This document shows positions 46,478-60,460 of a stretch of DNA of 64,000 nucleotides, piece by piece. Position 1 is the first letter of the stretch, and each line of letters begins with the position of its first letter. The position numbers were made by a program, and so were the translations under genes. The notes beneath the pieces were generated by a model, which was not told the DNA's origin, searched no databases, and saw only the letters and a list, made by a program, of their open reading frames with translations. The DNA is from the human T2T-CHM13v2.0 reference genome, Homo sapiens. The DNA lies in the NCBI RefSeq assembly GCF_009914755.1, contig NC_060928.1. One strand, 5' to 3'.

Positions 46478-47759
46478 CTCCTTTAGGAGACACTCAAATC
46501 ACCCGCTTGGCTTTCTGGTCTTCCAGTAAGTGAAATCCTGATAATCATGAAGAAACAACAATGACCACTAGGCACTTGTGCCTAATTTACCTAACAATTT
46601 AAACCTTGGCACTGACAAGTTCTATCTATTATTGATTTTAAAATTCCTCATTATTATAGCCCCTCCAGGTGACATTATTCTTTGCACAGCAAAAGTCATT
46701 CAGCGGTGTCAGAAAGGGTTGACAGGTCTGAAATTACACTGCACATTTGCTCCTTAAGAGTATGCAGTGGTCATGCATTTCTTGTTAGGAATGTAAAAAC
46801 ATAAGCATGCATAAAGAGGTTAGACAAAATGAGTTCATTTATTAGTCAGCTTCACCAGCCCTCCAAAGAGGCAAAATAACTTAAACTCACACAACACCTT
46901 TCATGCATTATCTTCAGAGCAGCAGAATTCAAATCTCATACACTACAGCAGGAAAAGTTTCACTAATTTCAATTACTATTATTTTAACCTCTTCTGAATG
47001 GATGACTCAGAAAAAACAAAGACTAAAGTGATAAATTAGACAGAAAAACATAGCCACAAACAAAATATCTTCAACTTTCTAGTTCAGCAAATAAGATTAT
47101 AATTTATACTAGTATCATGTTTTATAGTTTACTAATAACACTTAAATATATTACTGTATATTTGATTCTCACAACAGCCTACTTAAGATAATATTAGGTC
47201 ATCCTATAAAAATTATGGAATATTATACAGTGAGGCAAAAGAATAATGTAGAACTAATGGGATGGAAATATATCCATAACATGTTGAATGTAAAATGCTG
47301 GCTTCAAAACAGAATGGATTTCTTGGTCCTATTTTTATAAAAAGATGTATGTAAATATCTATATACAGATATATATACACATCCATATACATACATACTT
47401 GCATATGCATATATAAAGAGAGATAATGGCTAAAAAGAAATCAACCAATTGTGGTCTCTGTGTTATAATTACTATCTTTCCTCTAGTTTATTTTATCTTT
47501 TGATATTTCTGCAATGAATATGTATTACATGTATGATCAGGAAAAGATAATCATATGATGAGGTCATCTTATTTTTCTCAATAAGAATTTTTTTTAGTGA
47601 ACTTCAATAACTACAGCTTAATACCATGGAGAAATGGGACCTTTGAACTGCTTTTAAAACAAGCATTTCTGGAAATATCAGAGTTCACTGAACCTTACAA
47701 TCATCCATAGTCTTAAGGTCTGCTAGTTAGGATAATCATCACAAAATATACATTGAGTG

Positions 47760-48420
47760 ATGTCTTAGCATGAATCCTTCAGGAAGCAGAATTTGAGGTA
47801 AGAATTAAAGTGCTAAATTTTTATTAGGAAGTTGCAAGCCCAAAAAGGCTTCAGTGAGAGGAAAGGGAAGGGACGAAAGGAAAGATGTGAAGCAATGCAT
47901 TGCTGCGTCACCTAGGAAGGTGGAACCAGCCACCAGCCAGTTCACAACAATCTGCAGAGACACAACAGCTCACTCAACAGGAGTTCACTTGGTACAGGGA
48001 CTTCTCTGTAATTGGCTACAAGAAGAAACCATCCTGGAGCAGTACAGTAAAGGAAAAAAAGAGGAAGGCTTATTTACCCAGTTCTCTATTGTCTCCAGTG
48101 TCTGTTAATCAAGTTCCATTTGGAACTGACCATCTCACCCCTCAGAACCTTCTCAGGAGGCTAGATCCCATGCCTTGAGCAGTATTGTAGCCAAATATGA
48201 GAGTAAAGAAGCAATTCCATGCAGGTGGGGCCCAGCATTTGCATTGTGAGTGCTAAACAGAGCCAGAGCTTCAACTCAGATTCCAAAAAGCAAAGGAACC
48301 ACCAAAGGTGGCAGCACTGAAATGAAGGTGACTCCTTCAAGAGAAGGAGAGTCTTCTCAATGAACTTGAGAAAGGGTTAAAGGTTTATTGAGAAAGGCTT
48401 AAAGGCTTATGTCTAATATA
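47760..48420 (-). mobile_element. Probable ERVL-type LTR relic
   Basis: 'tgtcttagc...aggaagcagaatttgagg...tttattaggaag' start typical of reverse ERVL LTRs; subfamily not assigned. Confidence 0.5.
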
Positions 48421-48459
48421 AATGTCTTGCTAGTTCTTAGAAATAGTTGGTCATTTTGT

Positions 48460-48936
48460 TACTTTTTAGTTAATGCTGAAATGAGTTAAGACTTTGGCAA
48501 ACTGTTGGGAAGGCGTGATTGTATTTTGAACTAAGGCAGAGGTTAAAAAAGTTTGGAGGGCTCAGAAGAAGACAGAAAGATGTGGGAAAGTTTGGAACTT
48601 CCTAGGGACTTGTTGAATGGTTTTGACCAAAATGCTTATAATGATGTGGACAATGAAGTCCAGGCTGAAGTGGTCTCAGATGTATATGAGGAACTTCTTG
48701 GGAACTGGAGAAAAAGTCACTCTTGCTATGCTTTAGCAGAGACTGACAGAATTTTGCCTCTGCCCTGAAGATCTGTGGACCTTTGAACTTGAGAAAAATT
48801 ATCTGAAATTGGAACTTATGTTTAAAAAGGAAGTCAAGCATAAAAGTTTGAAAAAATTTGCAGCCTGACAACGTGATAGAAAAGAAAAACCCGGTCTCAG
48901 GTATTTCTTTATAGCAGTGTGAGAACAGATTAATAC
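48460..48936 (+). mobile_element. Rearranged MaLR (THE1/MST) internal fragments plus LTR 3' end
   Basis: 'gtttggagggctcagaagaagacag...gaagtccaggctgaagtggtctcagatg' (internal) and 'tctcaggtatttctttatagcagtgtgagaacagattaataca' (LTR end). Confidence 0.85.
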
Positions 48937-50057
48937 ACTCCTGCTCCAACTAACACATCCCTGGGGACAGGGTGGTAAGAAAAAAGTAGCAACATCTATA
49001 TCAGGAAAGCAAAGACTTCCTCCAAAACCCTCAGCAGACCTCTGTTCACTTTTTATTGGCAAAATAGTGTCAGAAGGCCACACCTCTGTAAAGGTAAATT
49101 GAGAAAATTAGCATTCCAAGCTCCATAGCAAAGGAAGTAGATGTTGGAAGACTGCTGAACGTACCAATCTAGATAATATCCTTCAAATACCTGTTCCTGA
49201 CCAATGAATTCCTATGGTCAGCCAGACCTGGGTCTTAATTTTTCATCTCAGTGTCAGGGGACAGCAGTGTTCTGTGATCAACTCAAGGACCACATGAAAT
49301 AGAACTGCCACTCCCAAAAAGACTAATCTTACCAAAGAAAGGTATAGAAAAGCACCCTGGAGAGAAATCATTAGCATTACCACAATGATTACAAAGATCA
49401 ATAAAATACACACACATATGCACACAAACACAGACACACACACACACCCAAGCTGCAAAAAGTTGACAATTATTTAAAAATCACACCATTAATTGTGTTT
49501 CTCTTGTAGGGTAGAGGTACAGAGAACAGGATCACTTTCATTTCTTTATGCAGCTCCCAAAAATGGTTGAAAAGTTACAGGTGGTTTTTTTCTTTTCTTC
49601 GGCTTTTTTTTTCAGTATCTTTTAACTAACAAAGAAAATTTTAAATTATTGGTAGTAATGTGATAACAAACCAAATTTTGTTAAAGGAAGAGATAGGATT
49701 AATCCAGATCTTTTAAAAAATGATGATTCTACAAATTATCATCATGAGGCAATATTTATTAGGAAGGGTATCAAAGAGAACAAAAACTGGATAAAGAAAG
49801 AATCATGAATAATGAAAACTAATCTCTCCCATTTAGTTTTCCCTACATCTGTCTGGATGAAATTACACCTACTAAATATTGACTTTGCTTCTAAGGCATG
49901 TGACATATTTTATTTGACATAGATCACTGCATTTAACCTTCAGGTAAGGATGGAGCCAGCACATCTCACTCAGTGACACAGAAGAAAGTGATGCATAAAG
50001 AGGTGAAGTGATGAATCTGGGCTCAATTTTCACATAGTAATTGCCTTATAGATCCCT

Positions 50058-50071
50058 CTGCCACCTACTGG
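50058..50071 (-). promoter_or_regulatory. Candidate CTCF site
   Basis: Minus strand CCAGTAGGTGGCAG matches the CTCF core CCASYAGRKGGCRS at every position; motif only, no occupancy data. Confidence 0.5.
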
Positions 50072-50134
50072 GAGGCCTGGGCAACTGAGTTTGCTGTGGC
50101 TGCTTTGCAACCAGTTTATATTCCTACCCAAAGA

Positions 50135-50520
50135 GAAAGGGTCCTTCACCTAGGGCATTGTGAACCTGGATGAGGAAAAGATTATCTTTTTTTCACAAAC
50201 CCCGAACTTAAGTTTCTTTCCATCATGATGCAGGGCACAAGCCACAGTACTTTTAGCAGCGCCTATGAATTTGTCACCCATCAAAAGCCCAAAGATTTCC
50301 ATGTCACATCACATTGTTGTTGGTTCCTCACCACATCATTTACAAACATCTCTACTTCAAAATCACAGCAGCTATTAGACCTACTGTAATATCACCAGAT
50401 TTCAATAAAATTGGTTTTCTTTGTAATCCTATATATTTCATTTGATGCATCCAAAAACATTCTTCTGACTTCCAAAGGAATCCATGGCACCAAAAAAGGA
50501 AACAAATATCAAAATCCTCT
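50135..50520 (+). mobile_element. Charlie4-like hAT DNA transposon relic
   Basis: 'tcaataaaattggttttctttgtaatcctatatatttc...tgcatccaaaaacattcttctga...ccaaaggaatccatggcaccaaaaaagg'. Confidence 0.75.
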
Positions 50521-50995
50521 ACATAGAGGTATCTCAAGCACTGGGGCATCTGTAGAAGCCTCTGAAGACCTTCCTAACAGCTTCCTTAGGTCTCAGGGGA
50601 AAAAAAAAAACACTTTTGTTTCAGGCCTGCCCTGGTGTGTGACCACAAAACATCAGACCTATGGCTTGGGGTACAGGTTTGTCCTGTGTTATAAACACAA
50701 TGAATCAAGTCTCAAATCTTCATTTGGTGCTTTTCTTCTTCCAGAGGGTCTCTCAAGAGAACCCTCTACTCCCACTGCTCTCAGGGAGCATCACACATTG
50801 ACTGGGTCACACACAAAGCAACTGCCATTTCTCCAATGTAATCACAGACACTGCAGCAGTACAATAGCTCACACTCAACATTCCAAGACACAATCAATAA
50901 AACTAGAAGCCATGTGAAAAGGTTAAAACCTATCAGTATTTCCTCTTTACCTGTTGAAATACGCCCTTCCTAGAGAGAAAATTACAGGTATTTCC

Positions 50996-51248
50996 TTTTT
51001 CTCCCCAGAGATAAGGGCTCTGTCACCCAGGCTGGAGTGCAGTAGCACCATCATAGCTCACGGCAGCCTCGACCTCCTGGGCTCAGGCCATCCTCCCGCC
51101 TCAGCCTTTCAAGTAGCTGAGACCACAGGCATGCACAATATGCCCGATTAATTTTTTTAAGTCTTTGTAGATGCAGGGTCTGGCTGTGTTGCGCAGGCTG
51201 ATCTTGAACTCCTGGCCTCAAGCAATCCTCCTACCTTGGCCTCCCAAG
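50996..51248 (-). mobile_element. AluJ, slightly 5'-truncated
   Basis: 'tcatagctcacggcagcctcgacctcctgggctc'; flanked by ggtatttc on both sides. Confidence 0.88.
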
Positions 51249-51723
51249 GGTATTTCTTCTACTACACAAATTAGCTGTCACTTTTGGTGTTTTCCTATGG
51301 GTTTTGAAGTCAAACAGAACTGGTTTTGAATACCAGCTCTTCTACTATCTACTATGAATGACCTCAAGCAGATATCCTTCCTGAGCTTTGGATTTTTTCA
51401 TCTGCACAACCTTCAACGGTTTACACATTCATTCATTCATGCATGCATTAGCCAGTAAACACTTTTTCACTATGTGCTATAAGCTGTCTCTATGAAGGTC
51501 CTTAACAGATAATACAGAACAGAAGGAACTCAAATAAACCAATATCACACTGTGTGAACCTGTGTGAACTCTCAAAACCTGAACCTTGAACTCTCAAGAC
51601 AAAAATCCACAAATCATTCAGAAATAGTGGGCTCATTTCATTTTGTCTCAGAAGTTGGTATATGACAAAACAGGGTTTCACAGCAGCACAGAGCAGATAG
51701 GGAGGAAGGGGATTAAAGATTCA

Positions 51724-52054
<331 letters not shown>

Positions 52055-53020
52055 TTAGGACAGCCACTCGAAGAGAGACCTAGCCAACATAGGGACATGG
52101 GCTAGGTACAATAAAAACAATGTCAGTTATTGAAACAAAGGTCCACCAAGGAAGTCTAAGAGAAGAGTGGAGGAGGGCTCTCAGCACGTGGGTAAAAATA
52201 GCAGCTACAAATGCAAGGGAAAGAAAAGAGTGACATTACAACATTTGCCCAGGATAAAAGCAGAGCCTTCGTGACCTAGCTCAGAAGCCAAGGCAGGGTA
52301 CTGGCTCTTGGGAAAAGGCTTGGCAAGAACAAGGCAAGTTAAGAGGTACCAGAGCTGACAACCAGAGCAGGTAGGTGATGCACCCAGGAGTAGACAGGAT
52401 GAGGCACAGGGAGTAGAACTGGAGCCCAGTAGTTACTGGAGCATGAAACCTGGGCTTAGAGTCAGCCAGTCTAACAGAAGCCCAGAGGTGGATCCAAATC
52501 CCAGGTTTAGGAAAACGACTCATGCTAAGCAGAAAGTAAGGAACCCAAGACTACAATGTCCTGCCTCCATGATAACTGGCTTTGAACCTGGGTCAGGATG
52601 AGCTTGGTAGGTAAGAGGCTTCCGTGGTACCAGCCATGAAGCACCAGAAATGGCAAAGCAGAAGTGATGATGGGAAGGGGTTGAGCCAACCAGTGGTTCA
52701 ACTTTAAAATGTGGTCAAGAAAAGATGCACATGAGGCTCCCTGATTTTCCTAGTCCACTTACTCCCAATCAAGGTCCTTCCTATGTTGGAAATATCTAAG
52801 CACCCAAAGGTCTACTGTGTCAGGATTTGCCAAGAAAACGCATTAGCCTGATTACAGCGTGAAAGCTTTTAGAGAAGCTCTGTGTTAGCGACTAATAGAT
52901 GTTGCCAAAGAATACCCTGTGAAAAATATTAACATATCAGAGATGAATCCATTTCAAAAAGCAATTTCTCCTCAAAATTAGCACACAAAAATAATGAGAA
53001 GTAAAATAATTTATGTCTAG

Positions 53021-53376
53021 TGATATGGTTTGGCTGTGTCCCCACCCAAATCTCATCTTGAATTGTAGCACCCACAGTTCCCACGTGTTGTGGGAGGGAA
53101 CCGGTGGGAGATAACTGAATCATGGGGGCAGTTTCCCCCACATTATTCTTGGGATAGTGAATAAGTCTCATGAGATCTGATGGTTTTATAAGGGGCTTCC
53201 TCTTTCACGTGGCTCTCTTTCTCTCTTTGCCTGCTGCCATGTAAGATGTGCCTTTCACCTTCCACCATGACTGTAAGGCTTCCCCACCCACGTGGAACTG
53301 TGAGTCCATTAAACCTCTTTCTAGTTACCCAGTCTTGGATATGTCTTTATTAGCAGCATGAGAACAGACTAATACA
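53021..53376 (+). mobile_element. THE1-type MaLR solo LTR
   Basis: 'tgatatggtttggctgtgtccccacccaaatctcatcttgaattgtag...gaacagactaataca'; 5-bp TSD tctag / tctaa. Confidence 0.93.
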
Positions 53377-53451
53377 TCTAAACTTAAACAATTTGGGTAA
53401 AACGTTCGCAAACCTGAATCACGAGTTTGTACTTTAAAAACTCAGCCTACC

Positions 53452-53754
<303 letters not shown>

Positions 53755-54136
53755 CTCACTCAGCCTACAATCCTTCCCAAGGCCAACCAACATCCTCTGT
53801 TATGACAACCCAACCTTATACATCATGCCAAGCAATTTCTTAATATTTTTATTGTGATCTTTTTATATGACAGGCCAAAGTTGAAGATGTCTTTTAAAGT
53901 TGGGTGGCCTTCATTTCAAAGAAGGAAACGTTGAAGTTTCAAACACATGCATTACTTTATCACAAGGAAATTACCAACTTTAAAATGGTATGTCACTGCA
54001 CTACAAAAAGAGTGGAAGGTAGTATGCAGAAATGAACATATTTGTATAAGGCTTCTGAGATTACGGTAATTTTAAATTTTTTCAAAAATGTTTTTCTAAT
54101 TTTTCTTTAATGCTGTTATATTGTCTTTCCAAGAAC

Positions 54137-54586
54137 ATATATATGTGTATATATATGTATATATAGATATATACATATATATGTGTGTGTATATATGTAT
54201 ATATAGATATATACATATATGTGTGTGTATATATGTATATATAGATATATACATATATGTGTGTGTATATATGTATATATAGATATATACATATGTGTGT
54301 GTATATATGTATATATAGATATATACATATGTGTGTATATATGTATATATAGATATATACATATGTGTGTGTATATATGTATATATAGATATATACATAT
54401 GTGTGTGTATATATGTATATATATACATATATGTGTGTATATATGTATATATATACATATATGTGTGTGTATATATGTATATATAAATACATACATATAT
54501 ATGTGTGTGTATATATGTATATATAGATATAAACATATATATGTGTGTGTATATATGTATACATAGATATATACATATATATATAT
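54137..54586. repeat. AT-rich minisatellite, ~12 units of ~30-40 bp
   Basis: Unit approximately atatgtgtgtgtatatatgtatatatagatatatac with variable AT/GT counts. Confidence 0.95.
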
Positions 54587-55274
54587 TCAAACACCCTACT
54601 TTCCTTGACTTAGTGTGAATTAGAAAATTGACCTGATCTAGCCTATGATGAACTATACCATGTGATACCAACACCATAACTTAATTTCAAGTTACTTGGC
54701 CACCTTTGCTGTTTATTTTAGGCTCTTGTTATTTATTCACCACTAAGGAGTTCCTTGGACTTTGTTGTATAAATGCTCCCCTAAAGTATTTTAAAATAAA
54801 AAAATTTTTTAGAGCAAAATTCCCTGGCAATTGTATAACATCCCCATACACACACTTCTTATGACACTAATACTAGAAGTCACTGAAGGTGCTATGAGGG
54901 ATCCCTCTGGGACTGCAGAGGGGGCCTTCACCTGACCATCACATCTGAGAGTCTAATAGCAGTACTATTATTTTCCTTTAAAGGAAAAATTTACCTTATG
55001 TTCAGAGAAATATAAACTTCTGTTTGATTAATACAGCAGTCCCCAGAGCTTTCTCCTTCTAGCGTGAAGTTTAGGCTGCTGGCCAAACATGTAAGCTTAA
55101 ATTCTAGAACCCCACATAAAAATGTCTATTTGTTCTTTCAAAAATGAAAATCTTTCCAATCAAAAACTGATTTGGGCAGTATCTGCACTTGTAATTGGCA
55201 AATAGTAAAATGACTACAGTAAAAGTTGCTTTCTAATTTGTAATATATAACCAAGGATATTAAGCAAGCATGTC

Positions 55275-55745
55275 TGTTATATGTTAAATTGTCTCTCCCA
55301 AAAAGATATGTTGAAGTCCTTACCCCTGCTACCTGTGAATGTGACCTTATTTGGAAACAGGGTCTTTGCAGATGTATTCAAGTTAAAGATGAGGTCATTA
55401 GTGTGAGCCCTAACCCAGTAGTCCCTAACCCACTGCTGTCCTTCTAAAAAGAGGAAATACCATATGAAGAGAGACACACAGGAAGCTTGCCACGTGACGA
55501 CAGAGGCAGAGATTAAAGTGCTGTAGCTAGCTGCAAATCAAGGAACAGAAAGGATTATTTGCAAGCCACCAGAAGCCAGGAAGATGCAAGTAAGGCTTCC
55601 CCTCCACGTTTCTGAGGGAGCAGGACACCGCTGGCATCTTGGTTTCAGACTGCTAGCTTCCAGAACTATGATACAATAAATTCCGTTATTTTTGAGCCGC
55701 CCAGTTTGTGCTACTTTCTTTCAGCAGCCTTTGGAAACTAATACA
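55275..55745 (+). mobile_element. MLT1C-like MaLR solo LTR
   Basis: 'acctgtgaatgtgaccttatttggaaacagggtctttgcagatgta...gccaccagaagccagg...ggaaactaataca'. Confidence 0.88.
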
Positions 55746-55909
55746 ATATTTCTACTTCATGCCATTTTTCTAATCTATATGAGATTCTTGGTCCACTTTT
55801 CCTTGAAAGTATCTTGTTCATTCAACTATACTACAGTTGGAGTGCTAAAGAAAGAACCTCATATAATACATGCAATGAATGGGTTTAGTATTTAATATGT
55901 ATAACAAAT

Positions 55910-56099
55910 GGTCTCTGTTGCATTAAACAGGGATGCATCATTAAATTTTAATTTCACATAAAGAATGAACAATTTTATAGTACAAGTATGCCCCAAATCA
56001 TGCATAGGGCAGACTTATATTAAAAATTATTCATTGTTTATCTGAAATTCAAATTTAACTGAGTGTCCCACATTTTATTTGTTAAATCTGGCAGCCCTA
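55910..56099 (+). mobile_element. MER53 palindromic hAT MITE
   Basis: 'ttattcattgtttatctgaaattcaaatttaactgagtgtcc...aaatctggcagccct' with the mirrored left arm. Confidence 0.8.
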
Positions 56100-56779
56100 T
56101 ATACTACTTCATGGATGGAAAGCCTGTTTCTGGAACATTGACTTACTTGCAATTTGTTTCCAGTCCTTGAGCCAACAAGACAAGCTACCACATTTTGAGT
56201 GCTACACAGCCTATTTTCCCTCTTCAGGTTCAAGTTCCTCCAGTTTAATTTGTGGACACTGTTAAAAATTATAGATGGATGATGATTGCTACAGCGAGTT
56301 TGCTTTGGGTAAGCACCATGACATCCATATAGCTTTTATAAAATGCTACACAATCAATAAAAAGAAATTAGAACCATCAATTCTAAGTGTAAAGATGTAA
56401 TCAGCTTGCAGGGGCATTTTCAATTCCTTATTTCAATATTGTGACCAGCATTAGACTATAAAATGAGCACGAAAGGAATTTTTAAGCTTTTAACCATCAC
56501 TAAATTAATTATTTTTTACAAAAATATAATAGATCCCTCCATGGATAATGCTGTTATTATGAGACTTTGTAATCTGCTACTTCAATCTGATTTCTTATTC
56601 TCCCCAGACCACTGCTCCTTCATCTGTAAAATGAGGGAGAGAGAAGACACAATTCAGGGCCCCTGTCAGGATTCTGGAGTTTGCCGCAGGCTTAGTCTGC
56701 CTTCTTCTCTGTCTATTCCCTTTTGTCTTCCCTCAGAGGTGACCCCACCTCCCAGCGAAGTTCCTCTTCCCTAGGGTGG

Positions 56780-58380
56780 GAGAAGGCCTTTTCAAGCATA
56801 GCAGAAACCACAGAAGAAACTTATTAAATTTGACTGTGCACATCAAAAGACTCCATGAATAAAATTAGAAGGCAAATGACAAACTGGAAAAAATATCTGC
56901 ATTGTAAAATATAGAAAATTTTTAACATGCCAAAACAACTTGGACAAAGGACATAATTTACATACATATGCACACACACACGCACACACACACACAGAAA
57001 CAATAAACATGAAAATATGTTTCATCTATTGGTAATTAAAAAAACATGAGTTAAAGAAAGGACCATTTGCCTATCAAATTGACAAAATTCTTTTAAGAAA
57101 ACAACTCAATGTTAGAAAAGTGTACTTTTATATACTGCTGCTGTGTAAGGTGATACAATCATTTTAGAAACCAATTTAGCAATTCATATAAAAGGTCTTA
57201 AAATATACAAATGTTTTGATTCATCAATTACACTTCCAGGAATTATGTTCGAAGATTCAACTAAGACCTCATTCTCTATATCATTGGCAACAGAAATAAT
57301 TTGGAAACAACCTGAATTCATGTTTGATTCAACGAATTATAATACAACCATATGGTGGAATACTATGCAGCTATTAAAAACTATGTGATACAATGAGACA
57401 AAGTCTAACACCAGTCAGAGTGGCTATAATTAAAAAGAAAACCTAACAGACGCTGATGAGGTTGTGGGGAAAAAGGAATGCTTATACACTGTTGGTGGCA
57501 GTGTAAATTAGTTCAGCCATTGTGGAAGGCAGTGTGGCAATTCCTCACAGACCTAAAGACAGAAATACCATTCCACCCAGCAATCCCATTACTGGGTATA
57601 TGCCCAAAGGAATATAAATCATTCTATTTTAAAGATACATGCATGCGTAGGTTCACTGCAGCACTATTACAATAGCAAAGACATGGAATCAACCTAAATG
57701 TCCACCAGTGACAGACTGGATAAAGAAAATGTGGTATATATACACCATGAAATACTACACAGCCATAAAAAATAATGAGATCATGTCCTTTGCAGGGACA
57801 CAGATGGAGCTGGAGGCCATTATCCTTAGAAAACTAACACAGGAGCAGAAAACTAAATATTGCATATTCTCACTTATAAGTGAGAGCTAAATGATGAGAA
57901 CACATGGACACAGAGGGGAACAACACACAGGGGGTCCTTTCAGAGGGTGAAGGGTGAGAGAAGGGAGAGGATCAGGCAAAATAACTAATGGGTACTAGGT
58001 TTAATACCTGGGTGATGACATAATCTGTATAACAAACCCCCGTGACACAACTTTAACAGAAACCACAAACATGCACTTGTACCCTTGAACTTAAACAGTT
58101 TTTTAGAAAGCATGTGATAAAAGAGTACTTAATGACACAAAATATTTTCATAGTATATTAGAACATTTCAAAGCAGCTCACCAACAGTATGATCCCATTG
58201 TTCTAAAAGAAAATATGTATACATAACACATATCTCTAGATAAAAGAATAGAGGAATATACAAAATAATCATGATAAAAGTTAAGTATTTCTAGGCAGTG
58301 GGATTATGAGCTTTTTCCCCCTACTTTCCAAGTTTTCCACAATAAGCTGTACTACTTTTTCTGTTAAGAAAAATAAATAA
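56780..58380 (+). mobile_element. L1ME-like relic interrupted at 57391-58105
   Basis: 'aggcaaatgacaaactggaaaaaatatctgc', 'ccatttgcctatcaaattg', 'ggaatactatgcagctattaaaaa'. Confidence 0.6.
57391..58105 (+). mobile_element. Truncated L1 3' end (L1PA13-16/L1PB-like)
   Basis: 'gagggtgaagggtgagagaagggagaggatcagg...aataactaatgggtactagg...acccttgaacttaaa'; flanked by atgtgata on both sides. Confidence 0.85.
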
Positions 58381-58784
58381 CAAATACTGTATTTCCTAAT
58401 TCATTTATCTTGTCTTAAAACCTGCCCTTCGTTGGGCTGCAGTTGGTTAATCTAATAAACCATGCCTGTTAATATAGTGGTTTGTAAAATAATGCTTTAA
58501 CCTAGTGAACTACTTTCTAATGCTTCTTTGCAAAAAGCAGAAATCCCAGTTCGAACTAGATTAAGCCAAAAGAGGAATTATAAAAAGTAAGGTCACATAA
58601 GAATATTGAAGATCTTACAATAAATAATGTGACTGGGGTCACAGGGAATGAAAGTTTCCAAAAGAAGAGCAAGTTCCAGAAAAGAGAAGGCTTGCTAGGA
58701 AAAATATAAGAGAGACCCACCGCACCAGTTAAAGCACAGGTTTCATTAGCAGGGCACTGAATAGTTTCTCCGGTGAACTTCTAG

Positions 58785-59290
58785 TCTTAGACTGGTTCCC
58801 AAATAGACTCTGAGGTGGAAAGTTCAGTGTTTTCAGGAGCACTCTACTCTCCACCTCATCTGTAAGGAGGTGAGCAAGCTGCTTCACCTGCAAGGAGGTA
58901 AATAAGCTGCTTCACCTGTAAGGAGTTAAATAAGCTGCTTCACCTGTGAGGAGGTACATAAGCTGCTTCACCTGTAAAGAGTTGAATAAGGCAGGAGGGG
59001 GCAGAAAGAGAAGCTGATAGCAAAGCAGTTGCAGCTGAGATGCCAGCCCATCTACAGGAAGCTCTAGGTTGGGATGGCCCTGCAGAAGTTGCTCCAAATT
59101 GAAGCAAGCAGGTAGATGTTTGTACAGCCACATTAGCCAAGAGGAGGCATAAGCTTGGGTGAGGCAGTTACCTGCAGCCGAGGCAAATCACAGTGAAGGA
59201 CACAGCTGTGAGCCTGGGTGTCCCATCCTCTTAGCAGTCACGGAAGTGCCAGCCCTGAAGAGGGAAATGGGTTGGGGCACCACAGTGTGT
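58785..59290 (-). mobile_element. LTR16(C)-like ERVL LTR with an internal 28-bp tandem array
   Basis: 'ggaagctctaggttgggatggccctgcagaagttgctccaaattga...ttgggtgaggcag'. Confidence 0.7.
58857..58990. repeat. 28-bp minisatellite, 4.8 copies
   Basis: Consensus cacctgtaaggaggtaaataagctgctt; units start at 58857, 58885, 58913, 58941, 58969. Confidence 0.95.
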
Positions 59291-59424
59291 CAATATAGTA
59301 TAGCAGAAGTGATCTCACTCCCACCTCCCTTCCAAAAGCATAGTAATGAGAAACTTAAAATATTTCAAAGGTATAGCAGTGCTCAAAAATAAAATAAGTT
59401 TATCTGTGACCCAGAAAAAATCTA

Positions 59425-60460
<1,036 letters not shown>

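Noticed and set aside
50411-50917. 168-aa ORF
   Set aside because: Starts inside a Charlie4-like relic at a non-ATG codon; no recognisable domain or exon structure.
54082-54677. Several 115-193 aa ORFs rich in Y/I/H/T
   Set aside because: Translations of the AT/GT minisatellite.
55910-56099. Long imperfect hairpin suggesting a pre-miRNA
   Set aside because: Explained by the intrinsic palindromic structure of MER53.
58857-58990. CRISPR-like appearance of the 28-bp repeats
   Set aside because: Units are head-to-tail with no unique spacers, there are no cas genes, and the context is a primate LTR.
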